Assembly (NCBI GenBank): GCA_977018835.1
Contig: OZ361258.1
Span: 1,364,001 to 1,428,000, forward strand
Source: Minutocellus sp. GHC0000111
Taxonomy: Eukaryota
Direction of reading: 5' to 3'
Length of the DNA: 64,000 nt
Shown here: positions 43,718-55,672 of the stretch, one piece after another
Position numbering within the stretch: position 1 is the first letter of the stretch
How the letters are laid out: every line of letters starts with the position of its first letter
Translations under genes and position numbers: made by a program
Notes under the pieces: model-generated
Told to the model about the DNA's origin: nothing
What the model saw: the letters and a program-made list of their open reading frames with translations, nothing else
Database searches by the model: none

Positions 43718-45667
43718 ATGTCCCTCCTGGCGACGCCCTCGAGGATAAAATCGCCGTCGACCCCGTCCTACTTGGGCACGATGGGGTCGGCGGCGACATC
43801 GCCGGCGTCCTCTCCGCCTGCTTCCGAGAAGGCGGCCCAATCCTCCTCTCACTCTTCCTCCTCCTCATCGCCACCGTGCTCAACACCGTCCAAAAGAATA
43901 CACCCCATGGAAGTCTCGTCCATGGACCACGCCCATCCACCCTCGAAGCTGTTCCAGCATCTTTATGTATTACCGGTATTGCTGATGGAATTTTTGGCAC
44001 TGGCACTAACCCGCGCCGTCCTGCCCTCATTATTATTGGCCCACTACGGCAACTCCGTGTACGTGGTAATGGGCATGGCGGAATGCATCCGTGGCTTTTT
44101 GGCCTTTGTGTCCTGTCCGCTGTTTGGCAAAGTTAGCGACGTCATTGGGCGACGCATGTGTCTGTTTGTCACCGTGGCGGGTACCTGCGCACCTGTCTGT
44201 TCACTTGCCCTAATGTTTGGAGCGTGGGGTGGAAGTGATGACCAGGAAGGCACCATCGAAGAAATGTCACCGTCGGTCATTGCCGAGGACATGTCGGGCA
44301 ATGAAGAGACGGAGGAAACCTCGTCGTCCATCATTTCCAGTCTGCTGGGCCGTTCGTCGGAGCAGACTATTGAGCCCGATCTGCACCCGCATGCCATTAC
44401 CATATTCGTGGCCCTGCTGGCCTTGTCGGGGGTGTTTTCCTCAACCTTCACCATCGTTTTTGCCTATATCAGCGACACGGTACGAGAACGCGACGAACGA
44501 GTCACTGCGTATGGGTTGGCACTGGCGACATTTGGTCTAAGCTTCACCATCGGCCCCATGGCTGGTGGGTACATATCGCAGCTGGCCGGTGGGAAGCAGT
44601 ATGTCTTTATTACGTCGCTTCTGTTGACGATATTGGATCTGCTGTACATTTATGCCATCCTTCCAGAGTCGAGAGATTTGCAAGATGACGACAACAATAA
44701 TGACGATGAGGATGGCAGGAGCGGCATTACTGGTGGGGAAGCATCAACATTTGCTGGCGGACTGTCCGCGTTACAAGAAAAGGTGGCGTGGAACCCCTGG
44801 GATGCCCTGCGATTGGTCTTGGTCGACCCCTTCTTGCGACGAGTTGGTCAGGTGGCCTTCCTCTACTACACCAGTTTGTGGGCGGTGGTTTCTACGCTGG
44901 TTTTATATGCCGCCAAGCGATTTGAAATGGGACCCGAAAGACTTGGTGAACTAATGAGCGCGTTGGGACTGAGCACCATGATCGCCGAGGCCGTGCTGGT
45001 GCGAATCATCGTCCCCATGCTGGGAGAGAAGAATGCCATGAGACTAGGTTTGGCGTCGTTTGGAATGCAATGCCTAGTTTTGGGATTTGCCTACGAGCCC
45101 TGGCATCTGTTTGTCTGCGCCTTCTTTTCACTGCTTGGCAATCTGGTTTATCCATCACTAAGTAGCTTGGTAAGCGGCAGCGTCGAACCCGAGGCTGTGG
45201 GTGAAGCACTTGGAGCCATCAATGGCATTAAAGCATTGACCGAGGGTGTTGGGCCGCTTGTGTTTGGCAGTCTTATGACCGTAAGCGAAAAGTCCGCACT
45301 GCCAGGTTGGCCATATCTCATTGCCTGCATCTTTGCCTATGCTGCTTTCCAGCAGAGTCAATATTTGCCAGATATTCAAAGCGATGACGATGAATTTGTC
45401 CATGAATTGCAAAAAAAGCATTCCAAAAAGGACAAGGGAACCCTTTTCGTCGAGCGATGGATGCAACGATCTGATGGTAGAAGACAGAGAGCTGATGATG
45501 ACGAGGAAGAAGAATACCGAAGTCTGCTCGCCGGTGGTGACAGCGACGAAGAGGAGGGTGACGAGGAAGACGATGTAAACTACTATCTCTCCGAGATTGA
45601 ATCAGAGATTGAGGACAACGGTGACAAAGGTGGCAACGGAAACTTTGCCGATTTTGTAAATAGATGA
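43718..45667 (+). CDS. MFS transporter, HIAT1/MFSD14-like (TetA/DHA1 type)
   Basis: Motif A GKVSDVIGRR, FAYISD, FTIGPMAGGY, GVGPLVFG, PGWPYL; about 12 TMs. Confidence 0.9.
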   Translation: MSLLATPSRIKSPSTPSYLGTMGSAATSPASSPPASEKAAQSSSHSSSSSSPPCSTPSKRIHPMEVSSMDHAHPPSKLFQHLYVLPVLLMEFLALALTRAVLPSLLLAHYGNSVYVVMGMAECIRGFLAFVSCPLFGKVSDVIGRRMCLFVTVAGTCAPVCSLALMFGAWGGSDDQEGTIEEMSPSVIAEDMSGNEETEETSSSIISSLLGRSSEQTIEPDLHPHAITIFVALLALSGVFSSTFTIVFAYISDTVRERDERVTAYGLALATFGLSFTIGPMAGGYISQLAGGKQYVFITSLLLTILDLLYIYAILPESRDLQDDDNNNDDEDGRSGITGGEASTFAGGLSALQEKVAWNPWDALRLVLVDPFLRRVGQVAFLYYTSLWAVVSTLVLYAAKRFEMGPERLGELMSALGLSTMIAEAVLVRIIVPMLGEKNAMRLGLASFGMQCLVLGFAYEPWHLFVCAFFSLLGNLVYPSLSSLVSGSVEPEAVGEALGAINGIKALTEGVGPLVFGSLMTVSEKSALPGWPYLIACIFAYAAFQQSQYLPDIQSDDDEFVHELQKKHSKKDKGTLFVERWMQRSDGRRQRADDDEEEEYRSLLAGGDSDEEEGDEEDDVNYYLSEIESEIEDNGDKGGNGNFADFVNR

Positions 45668-45907
45668 CAACACTACCTAGTAGTTGCTATCTACGCAGAT
45701 AATCTTAGACTCATAAAATGAAAAGTAGACAGAGACGGTGTTCGATTAATTTGCTTAGATATTCATCAAACTTTTTGTATCGTTCGGCACATACAGAGGC
45801 TTTTTTGAGCCCCCGAGACATACATATTTATTTCTTCTCACTGACTTCTCACTGAAATTCAACTAACTGTGAAAGTCATGATGCGACTGCCAAGCACTGC
45901 CAAGCAT

Positions 45908-46675
45908 CTACTTCTTGGCGAAATAGTAATAAGAAGTCTCATAAGGAGACCTGTACACTTCGCCCTCGCTCTCGGCCGAGCAGGTTGGGGCGTCGACGGT
46001 TGTGCCACCTTTGGTGCAGTAACGTCCGATGCGAGTAGCACCACCTAGAGGAGCGAATTCGCTGTTCTCGATTATGTCGACCCAAAGCCAGGCGATGTTA
46101 TCGCCCTTGTCGGGGGAGGCGTCTTTGCTCAGGAGACTGCCGGTGATAACGCTGTCTTCCACCTGCCAGCGAGGCTTGCCGGCGCTGTCATCTGCAACGC
46201 CATCGGTAGCACCTGCATTTAGGGATCGAAAGAAGTGGAAACCAACCATATCCTCGTCTTCGTTGTAGAGGAAGGCCTCGACGTCGACCAGCTTCCACTG
46301 ATAGTCATCATCATTGTTGACGCATTTGTAGATTTGATGGCTGATGGGACCATTGTTCTTCAGGATGACATCTACCCGGGCGATGGGCTTGTACCCAGAT
46401 GGATCCACTGCGTCGGGGACGGTATCGGGAACGTCCAGCCAGCACTCGCTTGACCTCTCGCATGGATCACACGAGGCTGGGTTTGAGTCACCATTGCCGG
46501 ATGCACCAAGCTGTCGATTCCAGAATGCTGAATCCTCGATTCTTGGAACATCCTTTTTGTTGGTGCTGCGGATAAAGCTCCTCTTGTTGGTGTTGTTATC
46601 AGAGTCCTTGGCCTCGGTGGTGACGGTGGTGACCAGGGCAACAATAGCAGCGATACTGTGCATGTAGATCTTCAT
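45908..46675 (-). CDS. Secreted DUF3455-like protein
   Basis: Signal peptide; QIYKC, EAFLY, VGFHFF, PRW, NIAWL, RIGRYCTKGG, PYETSYYYF motif series. Confidence 0.75.
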   Translation of the reverse strand: MKIYMHSIAAIVALVTTVTTEAKDSDNNTNKRSFIRSTNKKDVPRIEDSAFWNRQLGASGNGDSNPASCDPCERSSECWLDVPDTVPDAVDPSGYKPIARVDVILKNNGPISHQIYKCVNNDDDYQWKLVDVEAFLYNEDEDMVGFHFFRSLNAGATDGVADDSAGKPRWQVEDSVITGSLLSKDASPDKGDNIAWLWVDIIENSEFAPLGGATRIGRYCTKGGTTVDAPTCSAESEGEVYRSPYETSYYYFAKK

Positions 46676-47258
46676 TTCTCCCTGCTACGTAGTTTGTTTG
46701 GGGCGCGTTACATAAATAATGAAGGCGAATGTGCTTTGCGCGGGCTACAACAATCAAACAGTAGAGCTCAAAAATTTTGGCAAAAACAGCCGCCACTTTC
46801 CGTTATTATCTTCAATTCGTATGTCTTGGAGAGAATTGTATGGGTTTGGACACCTTAGGAATCCTATGATGTGCAAGGCTGTTTCAAATTTATTCGAAAA
46901 ATGTGGGCTTGTACTGGGAACCCTCATCGATACCCGTTCAGCCGCGAGATACATAAGCCCCTTCCTCAGACAGCTCATGAGGCAGAGAAGATCTACCGGT
47001 ATTCTAGATCTCCGGGTTGCTGTGTCGTTTTACCATACCGATGCTATGCCGTCAACAACACGCAGAATACCGGTACATGTACATGTAGAGAAACAGGGCA
47101 TACCGGTTCCGGTAACTGGTATATGTAGTCTACCGTACTAGATCTATGCCATTAAATATTCTAAGAGTCAAAACAAGTCGTCTATGTACAGCTGTACATG
47201 TCTAAAATGGAATGAGAAACAGAGATATGCCCAAATGATCCGATATATATATATATAT

Positions 47259-48188
47259 TCAATCCTCGGAACCACCATTTCCCAATATGGAGCCCAAAAC
47301 AAACCTCCACATGGCCAAAACGGACAAACTACCAAAGATAAAGTCGGCGTCAGCCTTGGTCAGACCGCCCAAACTAGGATTGGTCGCACAGTCGCACCAG
47401 GCATCACTGGCCAGGGCAATCCCAACCGTAATGACGGTGGCCGAAATCCACGTCCTTCCCACAATGGCCACAGCCTTTTGGACGCTGCACTCCAATGTAT
47501 TCTTGTAAAGAAAGGCACCCGTAATCCAACCAGTCAACAACCACGAGCTAACCAAAATGACTGCACTGGTCCCCGCGGTGGAGATGGCGGGAGCATAGGG
47601 CACATATCCCAGGGCTGGCAGGACGCTAACGCCATTGAAGGGCGCGCCGGCATGGGCCGCTACGTCGTACCATACTGGAATGGCGGTGGACATGGCGAGC
47701 TGGGTGGCTGTTTCGGGATCAATCGCAGCGGCAGTGGCGGAATCAGCGGATGCCAACGCGCTGGCCATGAGGTCGTTGAGGAAGTGATCCAAAAAGGCGT
47801 AAACAAACAAAGCAATGATGTCACCTGACATGGCCAATTGATCTTCCGGCGGGGGCGGGAGGTATTTCTTTACATCGAACGGCTCCTTTTTCTGCTTGTC
47901 ACCGCGGCTATTCTTTTGCAGACCGCTGACAATTTCGTTGGCGGCAGTGGTTGGTGCATCGTCCTTCTCGCCTGCTGCAGTGGGAGGAGCCGGGGGATCA
48001 TCTCGCTCGATAGATGACATGTGAAGGGGGTTGCCCAGAGGTGCCGATCGTGAAGATGAGTGAATGTGAGACGGGCCGCTCACAAGTCCAGAAGCCGGAT
48101 GAAATGCCGAAACGCCACACAGAGATGCATGTGATCCCAACGCAGCGACTGCCGTGGCAGCCTGGAGCAGCTTCATCGTCCTCTTCAT
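47259..48188 (-). CDS. Plastid-targeted membrane protein (DUF3054-like)
   Basis: Signal peptide ending VSA|FHP, transit peptide, GDIIALFVYAFLDH and several TMs. Confidence 0.7.
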   Translation of the reverse strand: MKRTMKLLQAATAVAALGSHASLCGVSAFHPASGLVSGPSHIHSSSRSAPLGNPLHMSSIERDDPPAPPTAAGEKDDAPTTAANEIVSGLQKNSRGDKQKKEPFDVKKYLPPPPEDQLAMSGDIIALFVYAFLDHFLNDLMASALASADSATAAAIDPETATQLAMSTAIPVWYDVAAHAGAPFNGVSVLPALGYVPYAPAISTAGTSAVILVSSWLLTGWITGAFLYKNTLECSVQKAVAIVGRTWISATVITVGIALASDAWCDCATNPSLGGLTKADADFIFGSLSVLAMWRFVLGSILGNGGSED

Positions 48189-48587
48189 CCCAGAAGTTCT
48201 TGCATGTTCTCGTCTTGCCGTCGTCATTTTCTCAACAAAATTTATGGGGTCGGGAAAGATACGGCACTTATTCACGAAATAAATGGGCGGAAACGACCCG
48301 AAAGAATCAGGTATATTTCAATCTATTGATCGCTACAAGGGGCGAAAGATTGCGTTCGGTCGATCAATGCGATCAGGGCGGGCTTGGTTCTTGTGGTCGG
48401 CCGATACGCCCTGCCTGCTTTCCCGAAATGTGGCGTCGAAGTTCTCGAGAAGTTCAAGTCGGTCGGTCACCGAAATATGAAACCCGGAGGTACCGCGCGA
48501 AGCAACAGCCAGCAAGCAAGGCCTGGATAAAGGACCTTGGACCTTGGCCACTCAAAGGGATCGGATATCAGCAGGTTGCTTGGAAAG

Positions 48588-49307
48588 ATGGCTTGCCACA
48601 ACACCGGGCGGTCCTTTGTGGCCCTGACCTTGATCGCTATTGTTGCGCTGAGGCCATCTCCTACGGTGGCTTTTGGGGTTGGAATCAAATCGAGCACAAG
48701 AAGTGCGAGTCGTCGTCTTTGCCGAAGAATGACGAACGCCGAGGCGGTTGGTGGCAGAGGGATGGAGGCGACGACATTTGGGATGAGAACGAAATCGAGC
48801 ACAAGAACAACTTCTTGCCAAAGAATGACGAATGACAGAGAAAGTGACGAATACGACCGAGATGTTCTGGGCAGGTCCATACGGGGCTTTCAATCGTCTG
48901 CGTTGAAATCAAACATTGAGCCGGGCGATACAGTTGTCTGTAAGAGTGGGGTGGCCTCACTAAACAATATTGAAAATGCCTCATATGAAGTCGATTCCAT
49001 CTACGCGCAGTACTTTGACGATGAAACGCAGACAGTTGTGAAGCAACCATTGCCGAGCTTGGATGCGCCGATACCCCCCAAATCGGATCGCTTCGTGACG
49101 CTATATTCGCCGGTGTATCACAAAGATGGATCACCCGTTGTGGTCTCGCCGGAAGAGGTTGGAATTACATCTGTTCGAAGCGAGCTGAATGGTGCCGCCC
49201 TTCTCGCCATACCGGGCTTCTTCTGGGTTTTCGTCGCATCGAGTTTTTATAATATCTACCATGAACGAACTGGTGGCAGTTTTGTCGATGCATTTTGGGG
49301 GAGGTGA
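48588..49307 (+). CDS. Plastid-targeted hypothetical protein with a C-terminal TM
   Basis: Signal peptide ending TVA|FGV, Arg/Ser/Thr-rich transit region, hydrophobic C-terminal segment. Confidence 0.7.
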   Translation: MACHNTGRSFVALTLIAIVALRPSPTVAFGVGIKSSTRSASRRLCRRMTNAEAVGGRGMEATTFGMRTKSSTRTTSCQRMTNDRESDEYDRDVLGRSIRGFQSSALKSNIEPGDTVVCKSGVASLNNIENASYEVDSIYAQYFDDETQTVVKQPLPSLDAPIPPKSDRFVTLYSPVYHKDGSPVVVSPEEVGITSVRSELNGAALLAIPGFFWVFVASSFYNIYHERTGGSFVDAFWGR

Positions 49308-49402
49308 TGGCACACACAGATACAAGATAGATTTATGTAACATGTGAACATAATTCTTTGTGCTTATTATTAGGCTACATCCTAGTAGATTTATGCCCCT
49401 CG

Positions 49403-50566
49403 TTAGCGCCTGACCCACTCCAAATTGAACTGCTTTGACCCAACTGTCTTCTCTTTCACCATATGATAGAGTGCCTGTGCCAATTCGCCGGCTCCTTCCT
49501 TCTCTGCTTGTTGTGCTTTCCCAGTTTCCATTGCTAGCTTCGCCCCATTCCAGCCACCAACGGCACTTACTTTGAATCCACAAGTCACTATCCGTCGAAT
49601 CATGTTTCCTAATCGTTCCTCTGCATTTGCCCCAGATGCAAAGGAATATTCCATAAATATATTCTTCACAAGTCCAGAAGAAAGCAGCTCTTCAGCTCCC
49701 TCAAAAACTTCTGGGTCATACCCTTCCACATCTACCTTGAGTATGGCTATCTGCGTCTTGGGTTCGTCATACCAACGCAACTCATTGGCGACATCGTCGA
49801 GAGTAACGACTCGAATATCGTTGATGCTTGCCCCATTTGTAAAATTAACCGGTGCCGCACTTCCGTGGAAAGAACCACCTCCTGGGTTGTTGAGAGGCTG
49901 GACAAGCGTCAAATGGGACGATTCCGCACCAACACCAAAAGGAAATATTCGAATATCTGTTCTTGAAGCATCGCCGTATCCGCCTGGACTGCTCCACCCA
50001 TTCAGGCCAACACTCTGGCACATTCGAAAGTAATTGATTGGATTGGGCTCGAAGGCCACAACGTCCCTCCCCAAAGCTGCCGCTACCAAGCTAAACCAAC
50101 CAATGTTCATGCCGACGTCCAAAAATATTCCTGGCGTTGTGTTCGACGTTGGTCCCATTATCTCTGCGGCACGTTCGGTAATGAACCTCTCGTAGTAGAA
50201 CCCATACGTCATGATTGCCCAACGTGTATGATCGATCGTTTGGTTGTGCAGCGCAATGGTAAACGATGGGTCGGTGGTTGTTTTCTTTCCATATACGACG
50301 CCCATATTTGGATCAGCCTTGGCCAAGGGACCTTGAAGAATATTTGAGCAGGAGAGAGGCTTCATGGAATCAGAAGTACCAGTAGTAGTAGATGCCAATT
50401 GTAGGGATGTGGATTTTCGAGCATCTTTTGGCAGGGCGGCCGAGGCTGCCATTAGGCCCTGACGAGCACCACATTTGGATGTGATCTCGCCCAGTAGAGT
50501 CACATAAGCACCACCAACCAAAAGCACTGTGACAGCCCCAAGGCAGCATGCAAGGGCGGGACGCAT
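49403..50566 (-). CDS. FkbM-family (Methyltransf_21) SAM-dependent methyltransferase, membrane-anchored
   Basis: FLDVGMNIGWFSL, VAFEPNP, VVTLDD, ILKVDVEGYD. Confidence 0.9.
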   Translation of the reverse strand: MRPALACCLGAVTVLLVGGAYVTLLGEITSKCGARQGLMAASAALPKDARKSTSLQLASTTTGTSDSMKPLSCSNILQGPLAKADPNMGVVYGKKTTTDPSFTIALHNQTIDHTRWAIMTYGFYYERFITERAAEIMGPTSNTTPGIFLDVGMNIGWFSLVAAALGRDVVAFEPNPINYFRMCQSVGLNGWSSPGGYGDASRTDIRIFPFGVGAESSHLTLVQPLNNPGGGSFHGSAAPVNFTNGASINDIRVVTLDDVANELRWYDEPKTQIAILKVDVEGYDPEVFEGAEELLSSGLVKNIFMEYSFASGANAEERLGNMIRRIVTCGFKVSAVGGWNGAKLAMETGKAQQAEKEGAGELAQALYHMVKEKTVGSKQFNLEWVRR

Positions 50567-51344
50567 GGCTGACTTGCTTTACTTGACAAATAGGATACGC
50601 GGTGGCGCCAACGCCATGCTGGTTTTCCGGCACATCATGTGCTGAAAATTGGCGTGTGTGTCGGCCAATAGTGCTGGATACCTCAGATACACATCATGTC
50701 ACATGAACCATATCATATGAAGCACAATGGACCAACACCTGGAGAGAATAAAAATAAATGACATCCCCAACAAGCGCCTTCGCTATTGCGATTTGATGTC
50801 TGGATGTCTCGCGAGCCTGCCTCGCCTTTCTGCAAATTTCCGGGTGTCTCAACGTCCCATCAGCACAAACCTGCGCGGAAAGATACCTCGAGCCAACGGA
50901 TCCACTTACTGCTCCTCCGATCGCAAATCAACGCATGCCACTCCAAGACACCTTCGGTGGCTACTGAACGCTTGTTTGCGTGCGGTTATTCGCTTAACCG
51001 CTGCATTGGAAAAACTTCTTGTTGCCGATCGAACTCGAGCGAAGAAAGAAGTTCATTCTCATTCGCTTCGATTGAGCGAAAGTAACAGTCATCTCGATAA
51101 TCTTTCCTGTCTTGTTTGCGCTGACCGCCAGTTCTCAACTCTAGTAGAGTGGTGGAGGAAAAGGCGACGTAATTTTGGTATCTTGCCTTTCGTTGATTCA
51201 ACGCTTCCTAAATCTTGGAAAAGCAGCACATCTCGTGGCTGAAATTCAAAGCGGTCAACGCACGCACAGTTCGAGAAGAATCTTTGCCTCCCAGAGTACC
51301 ATCTTAGTTCCTTCCCAAATTTATTTTCCTCGCTCACTAAAATC

Positions 51345-54300
51345 ATGGTCAAGCTCTCCCGTCCAAGCTCGCTTAGTTGCAACCGATCGGCCAATGCCAA
51401 CGGCAATTCTACCAAGAGCGGCAACTGGACGAAGCCTGTGGAATTCAACCGCGTTTCGTCGTCCAAGCGCTGGTTGTTCCGAAAGACCGAATCCACCGGC
51501 GGCGAGAGCGAGTTCACCCTCACCAGGGACACGTCCAAGTCCAAATCACCGTCCAAGTCGAGGTCCAAGTCCAAGTCGAGGGACGAGCCCAACGAGTTCA
51601 CCCGTGCGGGCGAGTCCTTCAATCGCGTCGCATCGGCCGCCGACGCCTTCTTGGCCACCGGCACCTTCGAGTACGATTCCGAGGACGACATCAGCCGCAC
51701 CCGCAGTGGCGGCAGTGCCTACAGGCTCCGAAAGTCCTTCAGCCTTACCAATTCGCGCAGGGGGTCGGTCGTATCATCGTCCGGCGGCGACGTCGACGAT
51801 CGCAACGACGACTACGCAGAGGAGGATAACTTTTGGAATCCCTTCTCGGGGGTCTTTGGGGGTGAGAAAGGCGAAGAAGAGGGTCGAGATGCGGACGATG
51901 ACTACTCCCAGTTCACGTACGATTCGGCCAGTCAGATGTCGGCCGGTACCGAGCAGACGGGCGCCGCCGACTTACGTGCTCAGAGCAAGAATGGCGTTGC
52001 CAACAGAGATGGAAGTTTCCTCAATGCGTTTGCCCGCAGTGTCAGCCACCATTTGAATCCAGACCATTCGATTGGCGAGGAGCAAGATGATGAAGTTGAA
52101 TATCTTGACGATGACAGCCGATACCACCTCGAGACTCGGTCGTCTGGTCGGGACTCGTCCTACTACAGCACCGACGAGGAGGACGCCAGCTCCTGGGATG
52201 ATGACGACGATGATACCCGACGGACCAACCCCCATAGCTTCGATGGTGGGGAGGAGTCTGAGACGGAGGGCGGAGGGTCGAAGCCCACCGCCACTTCCAC
52301 CGCCGCCAGCGACTCCAAGAGCAAGGCACCTGATGCCGAATACCTATACCAGTTCTCTTCGAGAGTCCGGGTTGATGACGGCGCCGACACTTCTGCCAAA
52401 GAAAGCAAGAAAGCCAAGGATACCAAGGAGGTTCAGGAAGCTTCCTGTGAGCAACCTGCCACTAGTACCGCTGAGCCTACCAAAACTAAGAAGAGCCGTG
52501 GCCGTACCCTGAAGAAGATGGTCCCCAAGTTCCGTAGCTCCAAAAAGAATGACAAGAAGGCCAAGGCTGCGATCGCTTCAGACGCCAAGTCCGCCACCAC
52601 CTTTACATCGCGTCCCAAGAAGAAAAAGGGGGCTATCGCCACTACCAAGCCTGCCCACGATGCCGAGAACGAGGCTGCTCTTTGTGACATGATGGAGGCA
52701 GCTCGCCATGTGGCCACCGAGGAAAGTCGAGAGGCTGTCCTTGCCCCCAATGATGGCGATGGTGAAGATGATGCTCAATCCCTCGACTCGTTGGAGTATT
52801 CTCAGTACTCGCACGCGCCTACCGTTCTATCCAACAAGGCAACTCGGTCTTCGAAGTCGCTTGCAGCAAAGATGACGGAAAGAAAGGAGGCTTCCAGGAT
52901 TAAGAAGGAGATTAGAAATCGTGACAAGGCCCGTGAGGCTACGCTGCGTCGTATGGAGGCCGAGGAGCGAAAGAGACTCAAGGCCGAAAATAGGGAGGCC
53001 GAAATCGCCGCCGCTAATGCGAAAGAGGCGGAGGCGAGGGCAAAACTTGCGGCTCTCATTGCCGAAGCAAAGCTGAAGAAGCAGCAGGATGAGATCGCCG
53101 CAGAGCGTCGAGCCAATGCCAAGAAGGTGGCTGAAAAGGCACAGAAAGAAGAACAGCTCGAAGCAACAAAAGGTTCTGAGGGTACTACTCCACAAGAAGC
53201 TGCCCCGGCAAAGGCCATTCCATTGACGGCAAGGGCTCAGTCGGTGGAAGAAAGATTTCTTCGCGCGGCCGATGCTGTGGATATGTTCTTGGCTACTGGA
53301 AGGCTTGGAGCGCCTTGGTCTCCTCGTGAGCAAGATACTGAAGAGCCGGTAACACCTCCACCCCCACCTCCACCTCAACAGGCTGGTGTTGCATCGAGAA
53401 CGGCGTCGCCCAAGCCTACTACTCAGCATTCTCAAGACGTCGGCGAGAAGGACTCGGGTAAAGGAAGCACCAAGCATTTTGCACGCGGTCGCTCTCTTCC
53501 TCGCCGCACTCGTTCCTTGTCTCGGCCGAGAAATCTCTTTGGGAAGAAGAAAAAGGATCAGCTTGATGCAGCAGAGGATGAAGAGGCGGAAGAGGTTGCG
53601 CAGGGAGAAGAAGAGCCCTTTGATGTAAATATGTTCAAGAAAAAGCAAGCTATGGAGCAGCCGAATGAAGCAGCTAGCCGAAACATTGCCCGCCCTCCTT
53701 CCATCGAGATTGATGAGGACTACAGCGACAGTGAAGAAAGTGAGGGATACAGCGAAGAATCTTCCTACTTGTCGGAAGATGTTCCAATGGACGAGCCTCC
53801 TCCTCCACCTCACCGATCTACGGTATCTGACTTACTTTCACAGCCGCCAGTTTCACCTCTGCTTCCTCCTCTACCAGCCTCCCCTCAGCACAGTGTATCG
53901 AGCAGAAGCATGGGCACTTACGACCCTACCGCCCCCAGCTCGCCAAGATCCATTGGGTCGGCGCATCATGAAAGTTCCTCTTTCGTTCGGTCCACAACTT
54001 ACCGCCCTGGCGATATTAGCGTGAGTGAGGAGCTACGCCCTTCAGCACTTCGAAGACAGCCGTCTCCCAAGCGTTCCGTTTCATTCAAGCGTCCTGATGA
54101 TGTTCGCAACGATGTCATTGCAGAGGAAGATGTTGAAGGTGTTATCGAGCAGAACATGAATGACATGGCCCTCCAGACCAATCAGAAGCTATCTCCTCGG
54201 ACCGCCGGTTCCAGAAACACCTTCTGTATTCATGAGTACGGCGACGAAGGTCATCAAGCAGTCGTCTACAACAACTTTAGCAGTAACCCAATCCGATCGC

Positions 54301-55462
54301 TGAGAATCTTCGAATACGACAATCCTCCCAGGATCAAGCGAAGCTCATGCGACGTTTTGGTCAAAATCCAGGTAAGTATCCGCGAGGCATTTCTTATATC
54401 TTATGGCGACTCTCCGAGCAATATGCTGTTTGTGATTTATGTTTGTATCATCCCATCTCATTAACATTCAAACCTCCTTGTTTCCTTCCTTCGTATAAAT
54501 AAATTCAGGCCTCCACTGTATCGTATTCTGATTGCATCATCCGCCAAGGAAAGTGGTGGGGCAGTGAAAAGATGGCCCCTCCAATCACCCCCGGTGTTGA
54601 CTTTGTCGGCAAGATTTCCAGTGTTGGCGATGAAGCGGTCGATATGTACGGCTACAGTCCTGGCGATACCGTTGCATCGCTTGTCCGATGCGGCGGAAAT
54701 GGCCGCTACACTGTCATTGACGCGTCCAAGCTCATCGATGTCCCCGACGACGTCGAGCCTACTAGTGCAGCATGCATGCTTGAAACGTACTTGGCTGCCT
54801 TTCAGAGTCTCCATCTTGATGAGCCAGAAGAAACTCGCTACGAGAAAACCTCAATGCTTGGTAAGACTGTCCTCGTCATTGGTGGAATTTCCATGATTGG
54901 ACAGGCAATGATTGAGCTCGCCTTCCTCGCCGGCGCATCTACCATATATGTCACGGCACGGGAGAAACACCACGGCTTTCTTCGTTCTCTTGGCGCCGTT
55001 CCTCTTTCCATGAATGTCGAGGAGTGGCTCCCTTCCGTCAAGGGACGCATGGACCTCATCGTTGACGCCTACTGCACCAACCACTACAGCGAAACAGCTG
55101 ATGCTCTCGATCCCAATGGCAAAATGGTCTGCATCAAAACCAAAACTTCGATGCTTGAGAATGATCCCGGCATTCTCTGGCAAGCCGAGGCCTTCCTCAC
55201 CAAGATGGGTATGAGCCCTCTCTCACAGACTTTTACTTACGACGTCTATGAGAGTTGGGAAGAGAATTTCGAACTTTGCAAGGACGATATGGTGCACCTC
55301 TTTGATCTTCTGAGGAAGGGTCTCGTTGAGCCCCCTATTGCTGACTGCATTCCACTCACCAAGGTTCCCCAGGCGCAAAAGATCTTCGAGACGAAGCGTA
55401 TTCAAGGTTTCTTCGTTTGTGAACCTTGGCTCAAGAGGAAACAAAAGGCTGGATTCTGCTAG
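51345..55462 (+). CDS. Long disordered/coiled-coil protein with a C-terminal zinc-independent MDR (quinone oxidoreductase-like) domain; intron 54372-54508
   Basis: DVLVKIQ|ASTVSYSDCIIRQG, TPGVDFVG, GGNGRY, VLVIGG; in-frame GTAAGT...TTCAG intron. Confidence 0.85.
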
Positions 55463-55672
55463 ATTTGTGGCGATGGAAAAGTGATATCGTGAGGGAAAAG
55501 CGCGGGCGCAGCAAAGGGCCCCATTGCAGTTTATATGTTTTTGAACGTAAAGCCACATTGTATTATGGCTACATTAGAAATTAAAATTGAATAGAGAAAT
55601 CATTTATTTTAGATTACATGCTGGCGTTGACCTTTGTATTGTTCCACTAAACTAAATTACTCCCTTCCGCCT

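Noticed and set aside
48546..48555. TGGCCACTCA as the right TIR of the 30482 element
   Set aside because: Only a 10-bp match, 18 kb away across intact host genes, with no TA flank
50727..51242. 171-aa ORF upstream of the MDR-domain gene
   Set aside because: No motif and non-coding-like composition; probably promoter or 5' UTR
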